Virus record (IMG/VR): IMGVR_UViG_3300009838_000017
Coordinates: 1-64,000 of that record
Direction: 5' to 3' (one strand)
Origin: an uncultured virus (IMG/VR IMGVR_UViG_3300009838_000017)
Taxonomy: Duplodnaviria > Heunggongvirae > Uroviricota > Caudoviricetes
Length of the DNA: 64,000 nt
A model generated the notes under the pieces. It was not told where the DNA came from, did not search any database, and was given only the letters and a program-made list of their open reading frames with translations. Position numbers and translations under genes: made by a program. This document shows, in pieces, positions 27,148-36,783 of the stretch. Within the stretch, counting starts at the first letter, position 1. The number at the start of each line of letters is the position of its first letter.

Positions 27148-27492
27148 TCAGTCGAACTGACGCTCCCAGTAAGGGTCCCCAGGACCCCGGTAAACCTTCG
27201 GCTCCCTCGGGGCAGCAAGGAGTAGGGTAAACGGGACCTTTCCGTTTCTCGACTTCAAGCGCACCAGGCAGTCTGGGCTGATGGTGCCCCGGCCTTCCGA
27301 AAACAGGACCTCAAGAAGGGCTGTGGGGTCGGCACCCACTCTAAACCTCTGGAACTCGGTAGAGCCAACTTTGGTTCGGTCAAGTGACTCGATCCGAGAG
27401 AACGAGTATCCCGAACTGGCTGCTGCCCGAACGACTGCCTCGACCACACGGAGGCTTGTGTTCCCCAAGGTTTCAACTGCGAAGTGCTTCAT
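27148..27492 (-). CDS. Hypothetical protein
   Basis: 114 aa, coupled to DHFR (ATGA). Confidence 0.6.
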   Translation of the reverse strand: MKHFAVETLGNTSLRVVEAVVRAAASSGYSFSRIESLDRTKVGSTEFQRFRVGADPTALLEVLFSEGRGTISPDCLVRLKSRNGKVPFTLLLAAPREPKVYRGPGDPYWERQFD

Positions 27493-28028
27493 GTGCGCCT
27501 ATACCTACAGTGAGTAAGAGTAGTGTCGGCGGGGTTGATTGAGGTCTCCACCACCTTGAACCCTGGCATCCCACAAACGAAAGTGGGGAGCCGGATGACG
27601 TTTGGCTGACTCAACTCAACTACCGAATCCAGGACCAAGGTGAGGTCTACCTCATCAACCAACGGAAATGCCTGCTCATACACCTCCGCCCCACCTACGA
27701 CCCAGACATCCCTCCCAGACCAGTCAACCTTCTCCCAAGTGCCATTGGCCCAATCCAGGTCACGAGCCTTCTTCAGCCCTTCTTCCAAGGAGGGTGCTGT
27801 CACCACGTCTGGCTGGTGGGTCCGACTGAGAACCAGGGTCCGCCTCCCCGGAAGGAACCTACGTCCAATCGAATCCCAAGTCTTTCGACCCATGATGATC
27901 GTTGACCCCATCGTGACCTTCTTGAAGCGCTTCAGGTCCTCGGGCTTCTTCCATGGCATCTGACCATTTACTGCGATGACACCCTGAGGGTTGATCGCAA
28001 CGATGATACGAGGGGGATCAGTCTTCAT
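27489..28028 (-). CDS. folA: Dihydrofolate reductase
   Basis: MPWKKPEDLKRFK, IMGRKTWDSI, LPGR and VVGGAEVY motifs. Confidence 0.93.
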   Translation of the reverse strand: MKTDPPRIIVAINPQGVIAVNGQMPWKKPEDLKRFKKVTMGSTIIMGRKTWDSIGRRFLPGRRTLVLSRTHQPDVVTAPSLEEGLKKARDLDWANGTWEKVDWSGRDVWVVGGAEVYEQAFPLVDEVDLTLVLDSVVELSQPNVIRLPTFVCGMPGFKVVETSINPADTTLTHCRYRRT

Positions 28029-28386
28029 TCAGAATCCTCTCGAACCTACTTGGGTGCGGCCCACTCGGGGGAAGGTACCTTGAGTCCAGCTCCCAGTCCT
28101 CAAGAGAGTCTCCCTCATCATAGGGGCTATCTACTTGAATCTGGTAGACCTTACCCCTGAAGCCTCGGAGCTTTTCCTCTTTGGTGTGGGCGAAGAATCG
28201 AATTTCTCCGCCAGACTTGAACCGCATGAAGTCCTGACCCTCCTGTTGGAGGAGGGCATTGGCTACCGCCTTGCGAGCCTCACCCTTGATCCAAAGGGCT
28301 CGGCTCGTGTGGTGAGCGGTCACAATCACCCGCTCACCACGATTGGCGGCCGAGATGGCTTCATGCAGCATCCTGGCTTGTTTCAT
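28018..28386 (-). CDS. Hypothetical protein, possibly a degenerate P-loop/terminase-like fragment
   Basis: GGEIRFF...EKLRG; ends SRFERILNED. Confidence 0.55.
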   Translation of the reverse strand: MKQARMLHEAISAANRGERVIVTAHHTSRALWIKGEARKAVANALLQQEGQDFMRFKSGGEIRFFAHTKEEKLRGFRGKVYQIQVDSPYDEGDSLEDWELDSRYLPPSGPHPSRFERILNED

Positions 28387-28391
28387 GTGCC

Positions 28392-29555
28392 TCAGACGGC
28401 CACCTTGAAGTTGATGGCCGGGTGGGGTTCGTAGCCTTCCAGAGTGAAGTGGCTCATGATCTCCTCCGTCGTGACCTTGGGGTCCATCAGGGCTTCGATG
28501 TCCGTCAGGTCCTTGATGGCCGGATCGATAATGAGCTTTGGGAGCGCCTTGGGCTCCCTCTGAAGCTGTTGACGAAGGCCAGGAACGTGGTCGAACTCAG
28601 CCTTGGTCCCGTCTGGCTTGGCCGTGTAGATGTGAGCGTCGATGAGGGTGTGACCGAACGTCCCCACCTCGATCCCGCTCATCTGGGCAAAGAGCTGGAG
28701 CAAGAAGGCGTACCCAGCCAGGTTGTAGGGAACCCCGAGGGCGATGTCACAGCTTCTCTGGGTCAAGTGAAGGCAGAGCTTCTTGACTGGATCCTTGGGC
28801 TTGTCCCCACGCTCCTTCCGGTACCGCTCCTCGTTGTGAGCCATGGGCTTCCGGACCACCAGGGCATCAATGCTCTCCCCGTCAGGCATCCCCTCTGGCT
28901 GGGGGCCGAACTTCGCCAGGGCCTTCTCGTAGGCTTCGTTCTGAGACTTGGCCCAAACGACTCCGAGGTGCTCCGTCCCACAGTGGGAGCTAGCCACAGC
29001 CTCCCAGGGGTCCTCCCCATAGCCCGGCTCATCCATCTGGACGTTGAAGACGTACAGGCAGTGGCAGGGGGGCAGCTTCGAGGTCTGAGCGTTCCCTGGT
29101 GCCCAGGCAGAGACCACCATGCGTCGGCTCATCGGGTTCCGACGCATCTCTTCGAGGACCCACCGGATCTGGTCGTTGTAGCAACCCACCGGGACCTCCC
29201 TTGGGCCAGCCGGGTCGAAGTCCTGCTCGACCATATCCGAGCCGTGAACCGGGAAGTGCCTCCAGAAGTTCCCGTAGGCGCTCGGGACCTTGCCGTTCTC
29301 ATCCGCCCAAGGGTCCCAGAACTTGCAGCCATGACGCTTGAGAATCGAAATATCGGTCTGCCCGGAAAGGAACCACAGGTTCTCGATGACGATGTTCTTC
29401 CACGAAATCGACTTGGTTGTGAGCAGGGGGAACCCCTGACTCATGTCGTGGGAGTAGTTGAAGTTGAAGCAACTGAGGGTGTCAACGCCTGTCCGGTTCT
29501 CCTTCCTGGTACCCAGGGCAAGGACGTGACGAACGAGGTCGAGGTACTGTTTCAT
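28392..29555 (-). CDS. thyA: Thymidylate synthase ThyA with ~80-aa insertion
   Basis: NRTGVDT, FPLLTTK, ENLWF, SRR, LPPCH, QRSCD, GVPYN and DAHIY motifs. Confidence 0.93.
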   Translation of the reverse strand: MKQYLDLVRHVLALGTRKENRTGVDTLSCFNFNYSHDMSQGFPLLTTKSISWKNIVIENLWFLSGQTDISILKRHGCKFWDPWADENGKVPSAYGNFWRHFPVHGSDMVEQDFDPAGPREVPVGCYNDQIRWVLEEMRRNPMSRRMVVSAWAPGNAQTSKLPPCHCLYVFNVQMDEPGYGEDPWEAVASSHCGTEHLGVVWAKSQNEAYEKALAKFGPQPEGMPDGESIDALVVRKPMAHNEERYRKERGDKPKDPVKKLCLHLTQRSCDIALGVPYNLAGYAFLLQLFAQMSGIEVGTFGHTLIDAHIYTAKPDGTKAEFDHVPGLRQQLQREPKALPKLIIDPAIKDLTDIEALMDPKVTTEEIMSHFTLEGYEPHPAINFKVAV

Positions 29556-30307
29556 AGGGGATCCTCTCGGTTGAAGCGGGTGGGGATTTTGGATCGGTCG
29601 ATGGGCTTGGCCTTTGGGACGGCAATGACTTGACTCGGACCCCCATATCGGAACCCGAACTCCTCGTCCTGTACCGGCCAGGTCGCCTTGGCGATGTGTG
29701 CTGAGTACACCCCTTCGGTGAACCCACTAAGGTCGAGGATCAGCCGGGCATGGTGGGTCACAAGTTGGGAGTTGACTCCCCGATCCAAAGGACCACTCCT
29801 CGGGCTCTGGAAGACCATCACCAGGGCACAGTTCTCCAACCGCAACCCCTGAATAGCCGACCCGAGAAACCTAGACCTAGCCGCAATCTGTGGAGCCTGC
29901 CCTGGAGTTGGAGGCAACCCTAGAACGCTGACGGCATCCGCTATGATGAGGTCATACAGGTGAACTGAAGCTCGGATGGCATTGAATAGCCCCACCAGGT
30001 CACTTGGTTGTTGATAATCAAAAGGAGAAGTGTATGAACCTGGAACAACATCGACTGGACCATCAACCCCTACCTCACGGATGAGACTTGAATGTCGGCC
30101 TGGCGGGTTCCCCTCAGCATCACAGAAGAGCACCCGTTGGTGCCCTATGGTTGCTGCATAGTGGGCCAGATGCCGGACCAGAGTTGACTTCCCGGTTCCA
30201 ACCCCGCCACAAATAAGGGTCAAGGCCCCCCGAGGGAACCCTGGACACTCGGTACCCAGGGCAACATCAAGCTCGGCAATGCCTGTTCTGATGTGGGGGA
30301 GTGGCAT
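29552..30307 (-). CDS. RecA/RadA/KaiC-superfamily ATPase
   Basis: TGIAELD.ALG...GFPRG..TLICGGVGTGKST; DLIIAD. Confidence 0.75.
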   Translation of the reverse strand: MPLPHIRTGIAELDVALGTECPGFPRGALTLICGGVGTGKSTLVRHLAHYAATIGHQRVLFCDAEGNPPGRHSSLIREVGVDGPVDVVPGSYTSPFDYQQPSDLVGLFNAIRASVHLYDLIIADAVSVLGLPPTPGQAPQIAARSRFLGSAIQGLRLENCALVMVFQSPRSGPLDRGVNSQLVTHHARLILDLSGFTEGVYSAHIAKATWPVQDEEFGFRYGGPSQVIAVPKAKPIDRSKIPTRFNREDPL

Positions 30308-30852
30308 CAGGCAACCTTTGCCAGGACTTGGTCCCAGGAGAAGACCCGAAGATGGTCAAGCCCGAGAGTCCTGGTGTTGGGGGTGTGCCAGAGCATCGAG
30401 CAACCCTCTGGGTTCTCAGCCGCCCAAGAAGTGACGTGTTCTGGCTTGTCATCCAGGAAGAAGGCCCCCCGAACGAGGTACTTGGCCGAGGTGTGGACAA
30501 CCTGGTTCTTGGCGAAGCCGAAGTGCCGCTTGAGACTGTTGCTCCGTTCGTAGACCCACAGAGGTCCGTGATACGGGCTCGTGACCGCAATCACCTCAGC
30601 GTGCCTTCGGACCCTTTCAAGTGCCGCTACAGCCTCGGGAAAGGGTTGAAGCGAGTCACAGAAACCAGGTGCATCCATCCGGTCAAAGACCCTAGCCTTC
30701 TCGACCTCTGTGAGAACGGAGAAGAGGTCCCAGACCTCGAAGTCTTCGGGTCGGTACTGACGCCCCGTCACCTCCGCCATGATGTCCAAAACAGGACCTT
30801 GGAGGTCGAACAGAACTTCGTCAGCATCCACAAGAAAACGGGGCTTTACCAT
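30307..30852 (-). CDS. 5'(3')-deoxyribonucleotidase (HAD, NT5C-like)
   Basis: VDADEVL.D, VTSP, K and FLDD.PEH motifs. Confidence 0.85.
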   Translation of the reverse strand: MVKPRFLVDADEVLFDLQGPVLDIMAEVTGRQYRPEDFEVWDLFSVLTEVEKARVFDRMDAPGFCDSLQPFPEAVAALERVRRHAEVIAVTSPYHGPLWVYERSNSLKRHFGFAKNQVVHTSAKYLVRGAFFLDDKPEHVTSWAAENPEGCSMLWHTPNTRTLGLDHLRVFSWDQVLAKVA

Positions 30853-30857
30853 GCCCC

Positions 30858-31157
30858 TCACCCTACACCGAAGCGGACCCTCGAACGCTCCAAAGCCTCC
30901 CTCAGCTCAGGCGGGTCCTCATCCTCGTCATCCCCCAGAACGTCATCACGAAGGACCTTCGAGAACCGGTCCTGCTCGGTCTTCCATCCGTGGAATCGGT
31001 GGTCGAGGGCTGCTCGAACCTGCTCCTGTTCCGCTGGGGTCCTGGCCCGTGCGTACATGAGCCGGAACCCCTCGGCCTCTTCAGCCGTCAGAAGGCCCAC
31101 CCGTTGGTAGAGCTGAAGGGAAAGCGTGAGGACTTGCTTGTGCTTCCGGAGCCCCAT
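30858..31157 (-). CDS. Hypothetical protein
   Basis: 99 aa after a CGGTGTA motif; contains DRFSKVL. Confidence 0.65.
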   Translation of the reverse strand: MGLRKHKQVLTLSLQLYQRVGLLTAEEAEGFRLMYARARTPAEQEQVRAALDHRFHGWKTEQDRFSKVLRDDVLGDDEDEDPPELREALERSRVRFGVG

Positions 31158-31165
31158 ACGGGGAT

Positions 31166-31411
31166 CTACACCGTTTTCTTGGTGTACCCGTGCAAGTACC
31201 CCTTCACTTTCAGCTCAGGCTGGGTCAGGTACCTGATGTGCCCTTCTTCAACTAGCTGATCTAGGGCGTTTTCTGCTTCTTTGAGGGAACACTGAAGGTG
31301 GACTGCTACTGGACCAACCAAGACGTAGCTTGGCTCCCGGAAGAAAGTCTCAAGAAGGTTGGACTTCTGCTCTTCCCAGGAGGGCTTCTTCTTGTTGAAC
31401 CAGTGCTCCAT
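31166..31411 (-). CDS. Small winged-helix-like protein
   Basis: VAVHLQCSLKEAENALDQLVEEGHI; GAGGAG RBS. Confidence 0.6.
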   Translation of the reverse strand: MEHWFNKKKPSWEEQKSNLLETFFREPSYVLVGPVAVHLQCSLKEAENALDQLVEEGHIRYLTQPELKVKGYLHGYTKKTV

Positions 31412-31694
31412 GGTCGCTCTCCTCGATCAAAGGGTCATAGCCTAGGGCTACAAGCTCTGGAGGGATTCTTCCTGAGAGGGCTGCCTGAACCGCTGGGTCT
31501 GGCGGTACCTGGTCCAAGGCATCGAGTTGGTTCACCTCAAGGACTTCAACCCCCTCTAAGAGGAGAGACTGTTTGAACTCATCAAGATCGTTGACTGTTG
31601 CGTTGAAAACGTCAACACCTTCACCCAGGGCTAGCATGTAGGTGGGTAGAACCACCTCCCCTTGGGACCGAACCTTGAAGGAGTAGAAGGGCAT
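31350..31694 (-). CDS. Hypothetical protein
   Basis: ATG 31694 (MPFYSFKV). Confidence 0.55.
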   Translation of the reverse strand: MPFYSFKVRSQGEVVLPTYMLALGEGVDVFNATVNDLDEFKQSLLLEGVEVLEVNQLDALDQVPPDPAVQAALSGRIPPELVALGYDPLIEESDHGALVQQEEALLGRAEVQPS

Positions 31695-31719
31695 CAGTAG
31701 TCCATGGCTTTGAGTTGGT

Positions 31720-32313
31720 TCACCATGCACCCCCACCTTGGTCCAGTACACCAAGGATCCCCAGGGACTTGAACATCGCCCTTACTGGCTCTCCGATTCG
31801 AGCAAGTTGGTTCAATGGTACACTGACCTCATCCGACCACTCTACGTCTGTAGTTCCGTCTGGATTCTGAAACACCTGAGCAAATACTACCCCCATCGGG
31901 CCACCCCAGTTGAAGGTTTCGATTTTCCCGTAGGACCCATAGGTAGGGTAGTTGTAGCGAGGAGTGGACTGCGTACCCGTGGTTGTCACAAGGTTACCAT
32001 AGAAAAACCCGTGCCTAGACTCGGGAGCGCTTGTCGAAAAGAGGGTCACCTCATGGATAGCTGTCTCACCTGAGGCGTTCACGATGATGAGCTGACCGGG
32101 GCTGCCTAGAGTCCCAAGGGTCGGAAAGGAGTCTGGGTTCCCGTGAATATCGGTTCCAGTCCAGGTCAGTCCAGTCACCTCCACCGTCCCTAGTTCGGAA
32201 GTGAGGTACATGTTCCCTGCCGTTAGGCCGGTCCCAGTAATTATGACAGTACCGTTTGGAACGATAGTGTTGTCCCCAGCGTTCGCCCGAATGGAGGTGA
32301 TGGTGATCGCCAT
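31720..32313 (-). CDS. Ig-like (IPT/TIG-like) hypothetical protein
   Basis: ITITSI...GTVIITGTGL...W..T.I....P.....GQLIIV pattern. Confidence 0.55.
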   Translation of the reverse strand: MAITITSIRANAGDNTIVPNGTVIITGTGLTAGNMYLTSELGTVEVTGLTWTGTDIHGNPDSFPTLGTLGSPGQLIIVNASGETAIHEVTLFSTSAPESRHGFFYGNLVTTTGTQSTPRYNYPTYGSYGKIETFNWGGPMGVVFAQVFQNPDGTTDVEWSDEVSVPLNQLARIGEPVRAMFKSLGILGVLDQGGGAW

Positions 32314-32339
32314 GTTACCCTAGCCCCTGTATCAAAGGC

Positions 32340-33542
32340 TTAGAGCACCTCAACGCTCACCCCTGAGTCGAAGACCCCACCAACCGGAAGAACCTCGATT
32401 CTACCCCAGTCCACCCAGAGGGTGGCCTCAACCATGGACTCCAACGTCCATCGGTCGTGCATCTCTCGGCTGTGAACCCCAGACTGGCCTTCTGGAAGCT
32501 CCAGGAAGCCCACAGGGCCTCGGAAGAAGAGAGCAAAGCTGCTCGGACCCTGAACGGGGAGAGCCCGGCACCCGAGGCGTTGGAGGGCCAGAGCAAGGCT
32601 TGACTCTGCAACCCAGAAACCCCTCTTGCGATTCTCCACGACCATGTCCAAGGTCATATACGGAACCACAGCATCCCCAAGACGGCTTCGGCCCCTGGTG
32701 AGAAGCTGCCCCGCCATGTCCCGAACCCACCCCGTTGCTACTGAGGCTAGGGTCGAGGCCAGGACATCGTGCTTGAGGTTGGAGGTCAGCGCATCCTGAA
32801 CCGGGCGACGAACAGAGCTTCGAGCTTCGAGCTTGATGGGGTCCAGCCCCTCTCCCGAAGGAGGCTTGCCAGGAGCGAAGAAGACCAGAAAGTCCCCTGC
32901 AATACCCGTGGCACCCTGGAGGAGCTGGGGAAGGGCTTCTTGGACTTGAGCTGCAAGGTTTCGCCGCCCACCCCTGGAAAGAGACAAGACTCGACGGTCA
33001 CCCTCCTCTCGAAGAAGCTCCGTTTGGTTGACACGAGAGAGCATTCTCTCTCGGACCTCCCTCTCCCGAGTTGTCTCGAACTGCCAGTGGACGATGAACC
33101 CCTCGATCTCGGGGCGGATCTTGACCCCAGGCTGGACCATGTTCCCGCTTTCCCTAGGTACCGGGGCGGGCATGTAGAAGTCCTCTTCAGTCAACCGGGC
33201 AATGGCTCGACCGGTCTCGGATGAAACCAGGAGAATCCCATCCCCGATTTGCTCGTACTCATCTGCCAGGTAGGAGGCAACCTCACCGATCCCCTCGTCC
33301 AAGGGGAAGTGATCCTTGAGGCGTTCGGTCAAGAGCTTCCGGTTGACCTGTCCCTTGCGCCCCATCGACTTGTCTTCTCTGGAGGCATCGAAGACAGCCC
33401 GGACCTCGGGGGACTGCTGGACGACAACCCGAGCCAAACGGAGGAGGGCCACTTCCGGATTGGCCCTGGAAAGGACCTCGACCTCGACCTTTCGGCTGAG
33501 GGCCTGGGCTTGATTCTCGGGTCGTACCAGTTCTGAAGGCAT
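32340..33542 (-). CDS. Hypothetical protein (~400 aa)
   Basis: ATG 33542 directly after the upstream stop. Confidence 0.7.
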   Translation of the reverse strand: MPSELVRPENQAQALSRKVEVEVLSRANPEVALLRLARVVVQQSPEVRAVFDASREDKSMGRKGQVNRKLLTERLKDHFPLDEGIGEVASYLADEYEQIGDGILLVSSETGRAIARLTEEDFYMPAPVPRESGNMVQPGVKIRPEIEGFIVHWQFETTREREVRERMLSRVNQTELLREEGDRRVLSLSRGGRRNLAAQVQEALPQLLQGATGIAGDFLVFFAPGKPPSGEGLDPIKLEARSSVRRPVQDALTSNLKHDVLASTLASVATGWVRDMAGQLLTRGRSRLGDAVVPYMTLDMVVENRKRGFWVAESSLALALQRLGCRALPVQGPSSFALFFRGPVGFLELPEGQSGVHSREMHDRWTLESMVEATLWVDWGRIEVLPVGGVFDSGVSVEVL

Positions 33543-33543
33543 C

Positions 33544-33801
33544 TCAAGACCTTTTTGGGGTGTGCCGAAGGATTCGGCTACAAGCAAGACACCAAACTAC
33601 CTGGTCCCCCTTCCGAACCAGGCCACGGTTCTTGGTCTCGGTGTCCTGAGCACAAGTACCAACCTTCTTGGACTCAGCAGGGTGGTCGCAATCCTGCTGG
33701 GATTGCTCGACCAACTCGGAAAGCCTCGCAACTTGCTCAGCGTTCCCAGCAGAACGAGCAATCTCCAGGTCTCGAATGATCTGCCAGTTTCGTGATCCCA
33801 T
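33544..33801 (-). CDS. Small zinc-binding hypothetical protein
   Basis: CDH...WCLAC; GAGG RBS. Confidence 0.6.
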   Translation of the reverse strand: MGSRNWQIIRDLEIARSAGNAEQVARLSELVEQSQQDCDHPAESKKVGTCAQDTETKNRGLVRKGDQVVWCLACSRILRHTPKRS

Positions 33802-33833
33802 GGGTTCCTCTCTGGGGACACCTGAGAAGAACC

Positions 33834-35411
33834 TTAGCCACCCTCTCCCGCCATCACCCGGAAGGACTCCGAACGGTTCTTGGAGGCCAGGCGAGCACGG
33901 ATCCCGTCATCCACCTCGGGGTCGTACCCAACCCAGTCGATGATTTCCTTGATCTCATCACCCATGGTCTTGATGATCCGGGGCTTTCGGGTCAACTCTT
34001 CACCCAGAATTGTCTCATCCAAGGCAGGCTTCTTGGCGTTGAAGCTACGTGTCATGGCCGAAGCGATGGCTTGCTCGATCTCACGGCCGACCAAGAGCTT
34101 GGCCTTCTCTGCAAGCTCAGCCAAGCTGAAGTTCGACACATCCTGACTCACAGCCTTGGCCTGGATCTTGATGATGTCGATGCGAGCCTCCTCATCCGGA
34201 ATGTCGAAGAAAAAGCGTTCCGGCATCCGGTTGACCATCTCAGCCGGAAGGGTCTTCAGGGAGTTGGCCGTCATGACCAGGCAGACGGGAGACTTGGACT
34301 CCTGTGCCCACGTCGAGAGAATCCCGAGGAGACGGGAGGTGGTACCCGCATCAGACTGGGCAGAGGACTGCCCACCGGAGAGGCTCTTCTCAGCCTCATC
34401 GATCCACATGATGCAAGGGGAGACCGACTCAACGATCCGGAGTGCCCGGTAGAGGTTGGCTTCGGAATCACCCACGCCAGAGGAACGGAGCTTGCCCATC
34501 TCGAACTGGACGAGGGGGAGCTTCCACTCAGCCGCCAGAGCCTTGGCCGAAAGGGACTTGCCGCACCCGTAGACCCCGACCAGGAGCACACCCTTGGGAG
34601 GCTTGAGGCCGAAGCGCTGGCCCTCTTCAGACCAGCAAGAGGTAGTCTCAGTGACCCACTCCTTGAAACGGTCGGCCCCACCCACAGACTCGAAGGTGGT
34701 TCCCTCAGTCTCGATGATCTGGACCAGGTCCGTCTTTCGGATCTGGTTGCGCTTGTACTCCGCCACGAAGGTGGGGTCCACACGCTTGGGGTTGACCGCA
34801 TCCTTCTTGGTCTTGACCACCGACTGAGTGATGACTTGCTCGATTTCGTAGCTGGTCATCCCACGGAACAGGGTCTCCGGATTGTTGGGTACCTTGGTCT
34901 GGAGTTGCTTGCAGAAGCCCTCGACCAGTTCGGTAGTCTCTTGCTTGCTGAGACCAGAGCACTGTACCACCTCGAAGTATCGGGCGAGCTTCTCCGGAAT
35001 CACCCGACGGGGACCCACGAAGATCATGCACTTGACGATCCGGAGGTCCTGGTGAAGCTGGTGGATGATGTTGAGCACCCGACGAATGACGTGTTCATCC
35101 TTGAACCAGCGTTCAGGATCCGTGAACAGGTAGAAGTGCTCCTTGTCCTTGGGGTCGTCTTGGTAGACCCGGATGAGGGCTTCGTTGATCTGGGCAGCCG
35201 AGGTCTCCACAGCATGGGCTCGACTCGACCAGTCCTTGATGAGGTCGGTGACTCGCTTCAGGCCCAGAGCTGCGTTGAACACCCAGATCCGGTCCTCATG
35301 CTTCTTCATCTGCTCGTGAAAATCCACGATGAAGCGGTCCTCTTCGTCCGTCACCACGTACACGAGACGAGTGAGGGAGCGCAAGTGGTGGATCATCTCA
35401 GGGGTCAACAT
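33834..35411 (-). CDS. Ycf46-like AAA+ ATPase
   Basis: Degenerate N-terminal AAA (TDEEDR); PKGVLLVGVYGCGKS, WIDEAEK and TAN...LPAE motifs. Confidence 0.88.
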   Translation of the reverse strand: MLTPEMIHHLRSLTRLVYVVTDEEDRFIVDFHEQMKKHEDRIWVFNAALGLKRVTDLIKDWSSRAHAVETSAAQINEALIRVYQDDPKDKEHFYLFTDPERWFKDEHVIRRVLNIIHQLHQDLRIVKCMIFVGPRRVIPEKLARYFEVVQCSGLSKQETTELVEGFCKQLQTKVPNNPETLFRGMTSYEIEQVITQSVVKTKKDAVNPKRVDPTFVAEYKRNQIRKTDLVQIIETEGTTFESVGGADRFKEWVTETTSCWSEEGQRFGLKPPKGVLLVGVYGCGKSLSAKALAAEWKLPLVQFEMGKLRSSGVGDSEANLYRALRIVESVSPCIMWIDEAEKSLSGGQSSAQSDAGTTSRLLGILSTWAQESKSPVCLVMTANSLKTLPAEMVNRMPERFFFDIPDEEARIDIIKIQAKAVSQDVSNFSLAELAEKAKLLVGREIEQAIASAMTRSFNAKKPALDETILGEELTRKPRIIKTMGDEIKEIIDWVGYDPEVDDGIRARLASKNRSESFRVMAGEGG

Positions 35412-35489
35412 GATTCAAGGGCTCCGTGTTTTAGCGTCTGGTGGATCATACACCGAAGGTGACTCACTCCCCACCCCAATAAAGCCGAA

Positions 35490-35522
35490 AGCCCGTCTTT
35501 CTTCGCAGAAGAAAGACGGGCT
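35490..35522 (-). terminator. Perfect 15-bp hairpin, probable terminator
   Basis: AGCCCGTCTTTCTTC-GCA-GAAGAAAGACGGGCT. Confidence 0.75.
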
Positions 35523-35546
35523 CCCAGGAGAGGCTAGCGGCGTAGA

Positions 35547-35888
35547 TCAGGCCATTCGGCAGTGAAGAACGACGCACTCCTCACCGTTGATGACCCTGGT
35601 GGTCCGAGACTGGATCTCGATTCCCTGGATCATGGCTTCGTGTCGGTGGAGTGCCTCAGTGTAGTGCTGACGGAGAACACCGATCTCGGCTGCACTGACA
35701 CGGACATGATCCGTGTCGCCGCTGGTCACTCGACCCGAGCGGGTGTCGATGACCGTGTCACGGTAGTTGCCGGAGGTCAGAAAGAGTTGATCCCCCTGCT
35801 CCCGGAACTCGACCTTGGCGGCCTGGAGTGCCTGCTTGGCGATCTCCTTGTTGGTGATCTGAGTGTTGATGGTGTGTCGATGGGACAT
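35547..35888 (-). CDS. DUF1257 (Ycf35)-like protein
   Basis: MSH..TI.TQI......AL N-terminus, LRQHY......A..QG; upstream of the Ycf46 AAA. Confidence 0.7.
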   Translation of the reverse strand: MSHRHTINTQITNKEIAKQALQAAKVEFREQGDQLFLTSGNYRDTVIDTRSGRVTSGDTDHVRVSAAEIGVLRQHYTEALHRHEAMIQGIEIQSRTTRVINGEECVVLHCRMA

Positions 35889-35923
35889 GGGTTCCTCTCT
35901 CTCGTTCTGTAGTCCTACACCGG

Positions 35924-36100
35924 TCAGCCGTTGACCGTCTCGTGAACGGGCTGGCAGTCATCCCCGGTGCGTTCATCCGATTCGACGGTGCCCATCCGAG
36001 ACACGATCTTCTCGATCTCGGAGCAGTTTCCGTCATGCTGGGTCACCTCGGTGACGAGCTTTCCGTTCGGGTAGATGATGGCATCGTATTCGAGACTCAT
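35924..36100 (-). CDS. DUF2997-like small protein (58 aa, below the ORF-track cutoff)
   Basis: MSLEYDAIIYPNGKLVTEVTQHDGNCSEIEKIVSRMGTVESDERTGDD; context with DUF1257-like and AAA genes. Confidence 0.6.
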   Translation of the reverse strand: MSLEYDAIIYPNGKLVTEVTQHDGNCSEIEKIVSRMGTVESDERTGDDCQPVHETVNG

Positions 36101-36132
36101 GAGTGGTTCTCCGTTGCGCTCAGGGTTGCTTC

Positions 36133-36783
36133 CTACTTTACACCGGACCCACCGCCAAATCGAACGGTGGCCCCTCTTTTAACGATTACCTCGTTTGGCC
36201 CCACTGGTTCCGGGGCTGCCCATGGGTCTCTCTTCACTGGTTCTACCGCAGGCTTTGAGGGTGCCCCTGGAAGGTACGCCCCCTCGTGACCCACGGTATT
36301 CATTAGAAGAACCTCACGAGGCAGGTTCGACCCCACTTTACCGGTTGAGGCCGGTTGAACCTTGGGTACCTCGACTTCGACGGGAGGCCCAGAAGCAGGG
36401 GCTTCCTGGATGACGGGCTCTTCTGGTGGGGGCGGAATGAAGCCAGCGGGGACCACGATGCTGGTCTTCTCGGGCTTCAGATCCCGAGGGTCAAGCCAGG
36501 CTGAGCCCCCACCAGGGTCCTGGTTGGCAGCAAGATCGATGGTGCTGAACCCCTGCCCGGAGATTTCCTGGAACCGGGGGTCGGTCGGGTCCATCCTGGG
36601 TACCTGGGTGAAAAGCCTCTCCACCCAGGTCTGGGTCCGTTGGTCGAACTTGCTGGAGCCATAGGTACTTCGAGTACACTCTGGCTGCAAGCACCGAACG
36701 CAGAAGGCTAGGCGGAAGTCCTCCAGGGGTACCCCCTGGTTGTTGCACTCCCGAAGGCAGTCTCTCCGATTCGTAGGGTTCAC
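36133..36783 (-). CDS. Hypothetical protein with Cys-rich N-terminus and Pro-rich C-terminus
   Basis: CLREC...CVRCLQPEC; coupled to the polymerase stop. Confidence 0.65.
   Translation of the reverse strand: MNPTNRRDCLRECNNQGVPLEDFRLAFCVRCLQPECTRSTYGSSKFDQRTQTWVERLFTQVPRMDPTDPRFQEISGQGFSTIDLAANQDPGGGSAWLDPRDLKPEKTSIVVPAGFIPPPPEEPVIQEAPASGPPVEVEVPKVQPASTGKVGSNLPREVLLMNTVGHEGAYLPGAPSKPAVEPVKRDPWAAPEPVGPNEVIVKRGATVRFGGGSGVK

Noticed and set aside
28392..29555. ThyA as a dCMP hydroxymethylase (modified-base pathway)
   Set aside because: It has the dUMP-specifying Asn (GVPYN) and an adjacent DHFR, consistent with ordinary thymidylate synthesis.
31350..31411. Programmed frameshift at the 62-nt gene overlap
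   Set aside because: The downstream gene has its own GAGGAG RBS and ATG; no slippery site is evident.
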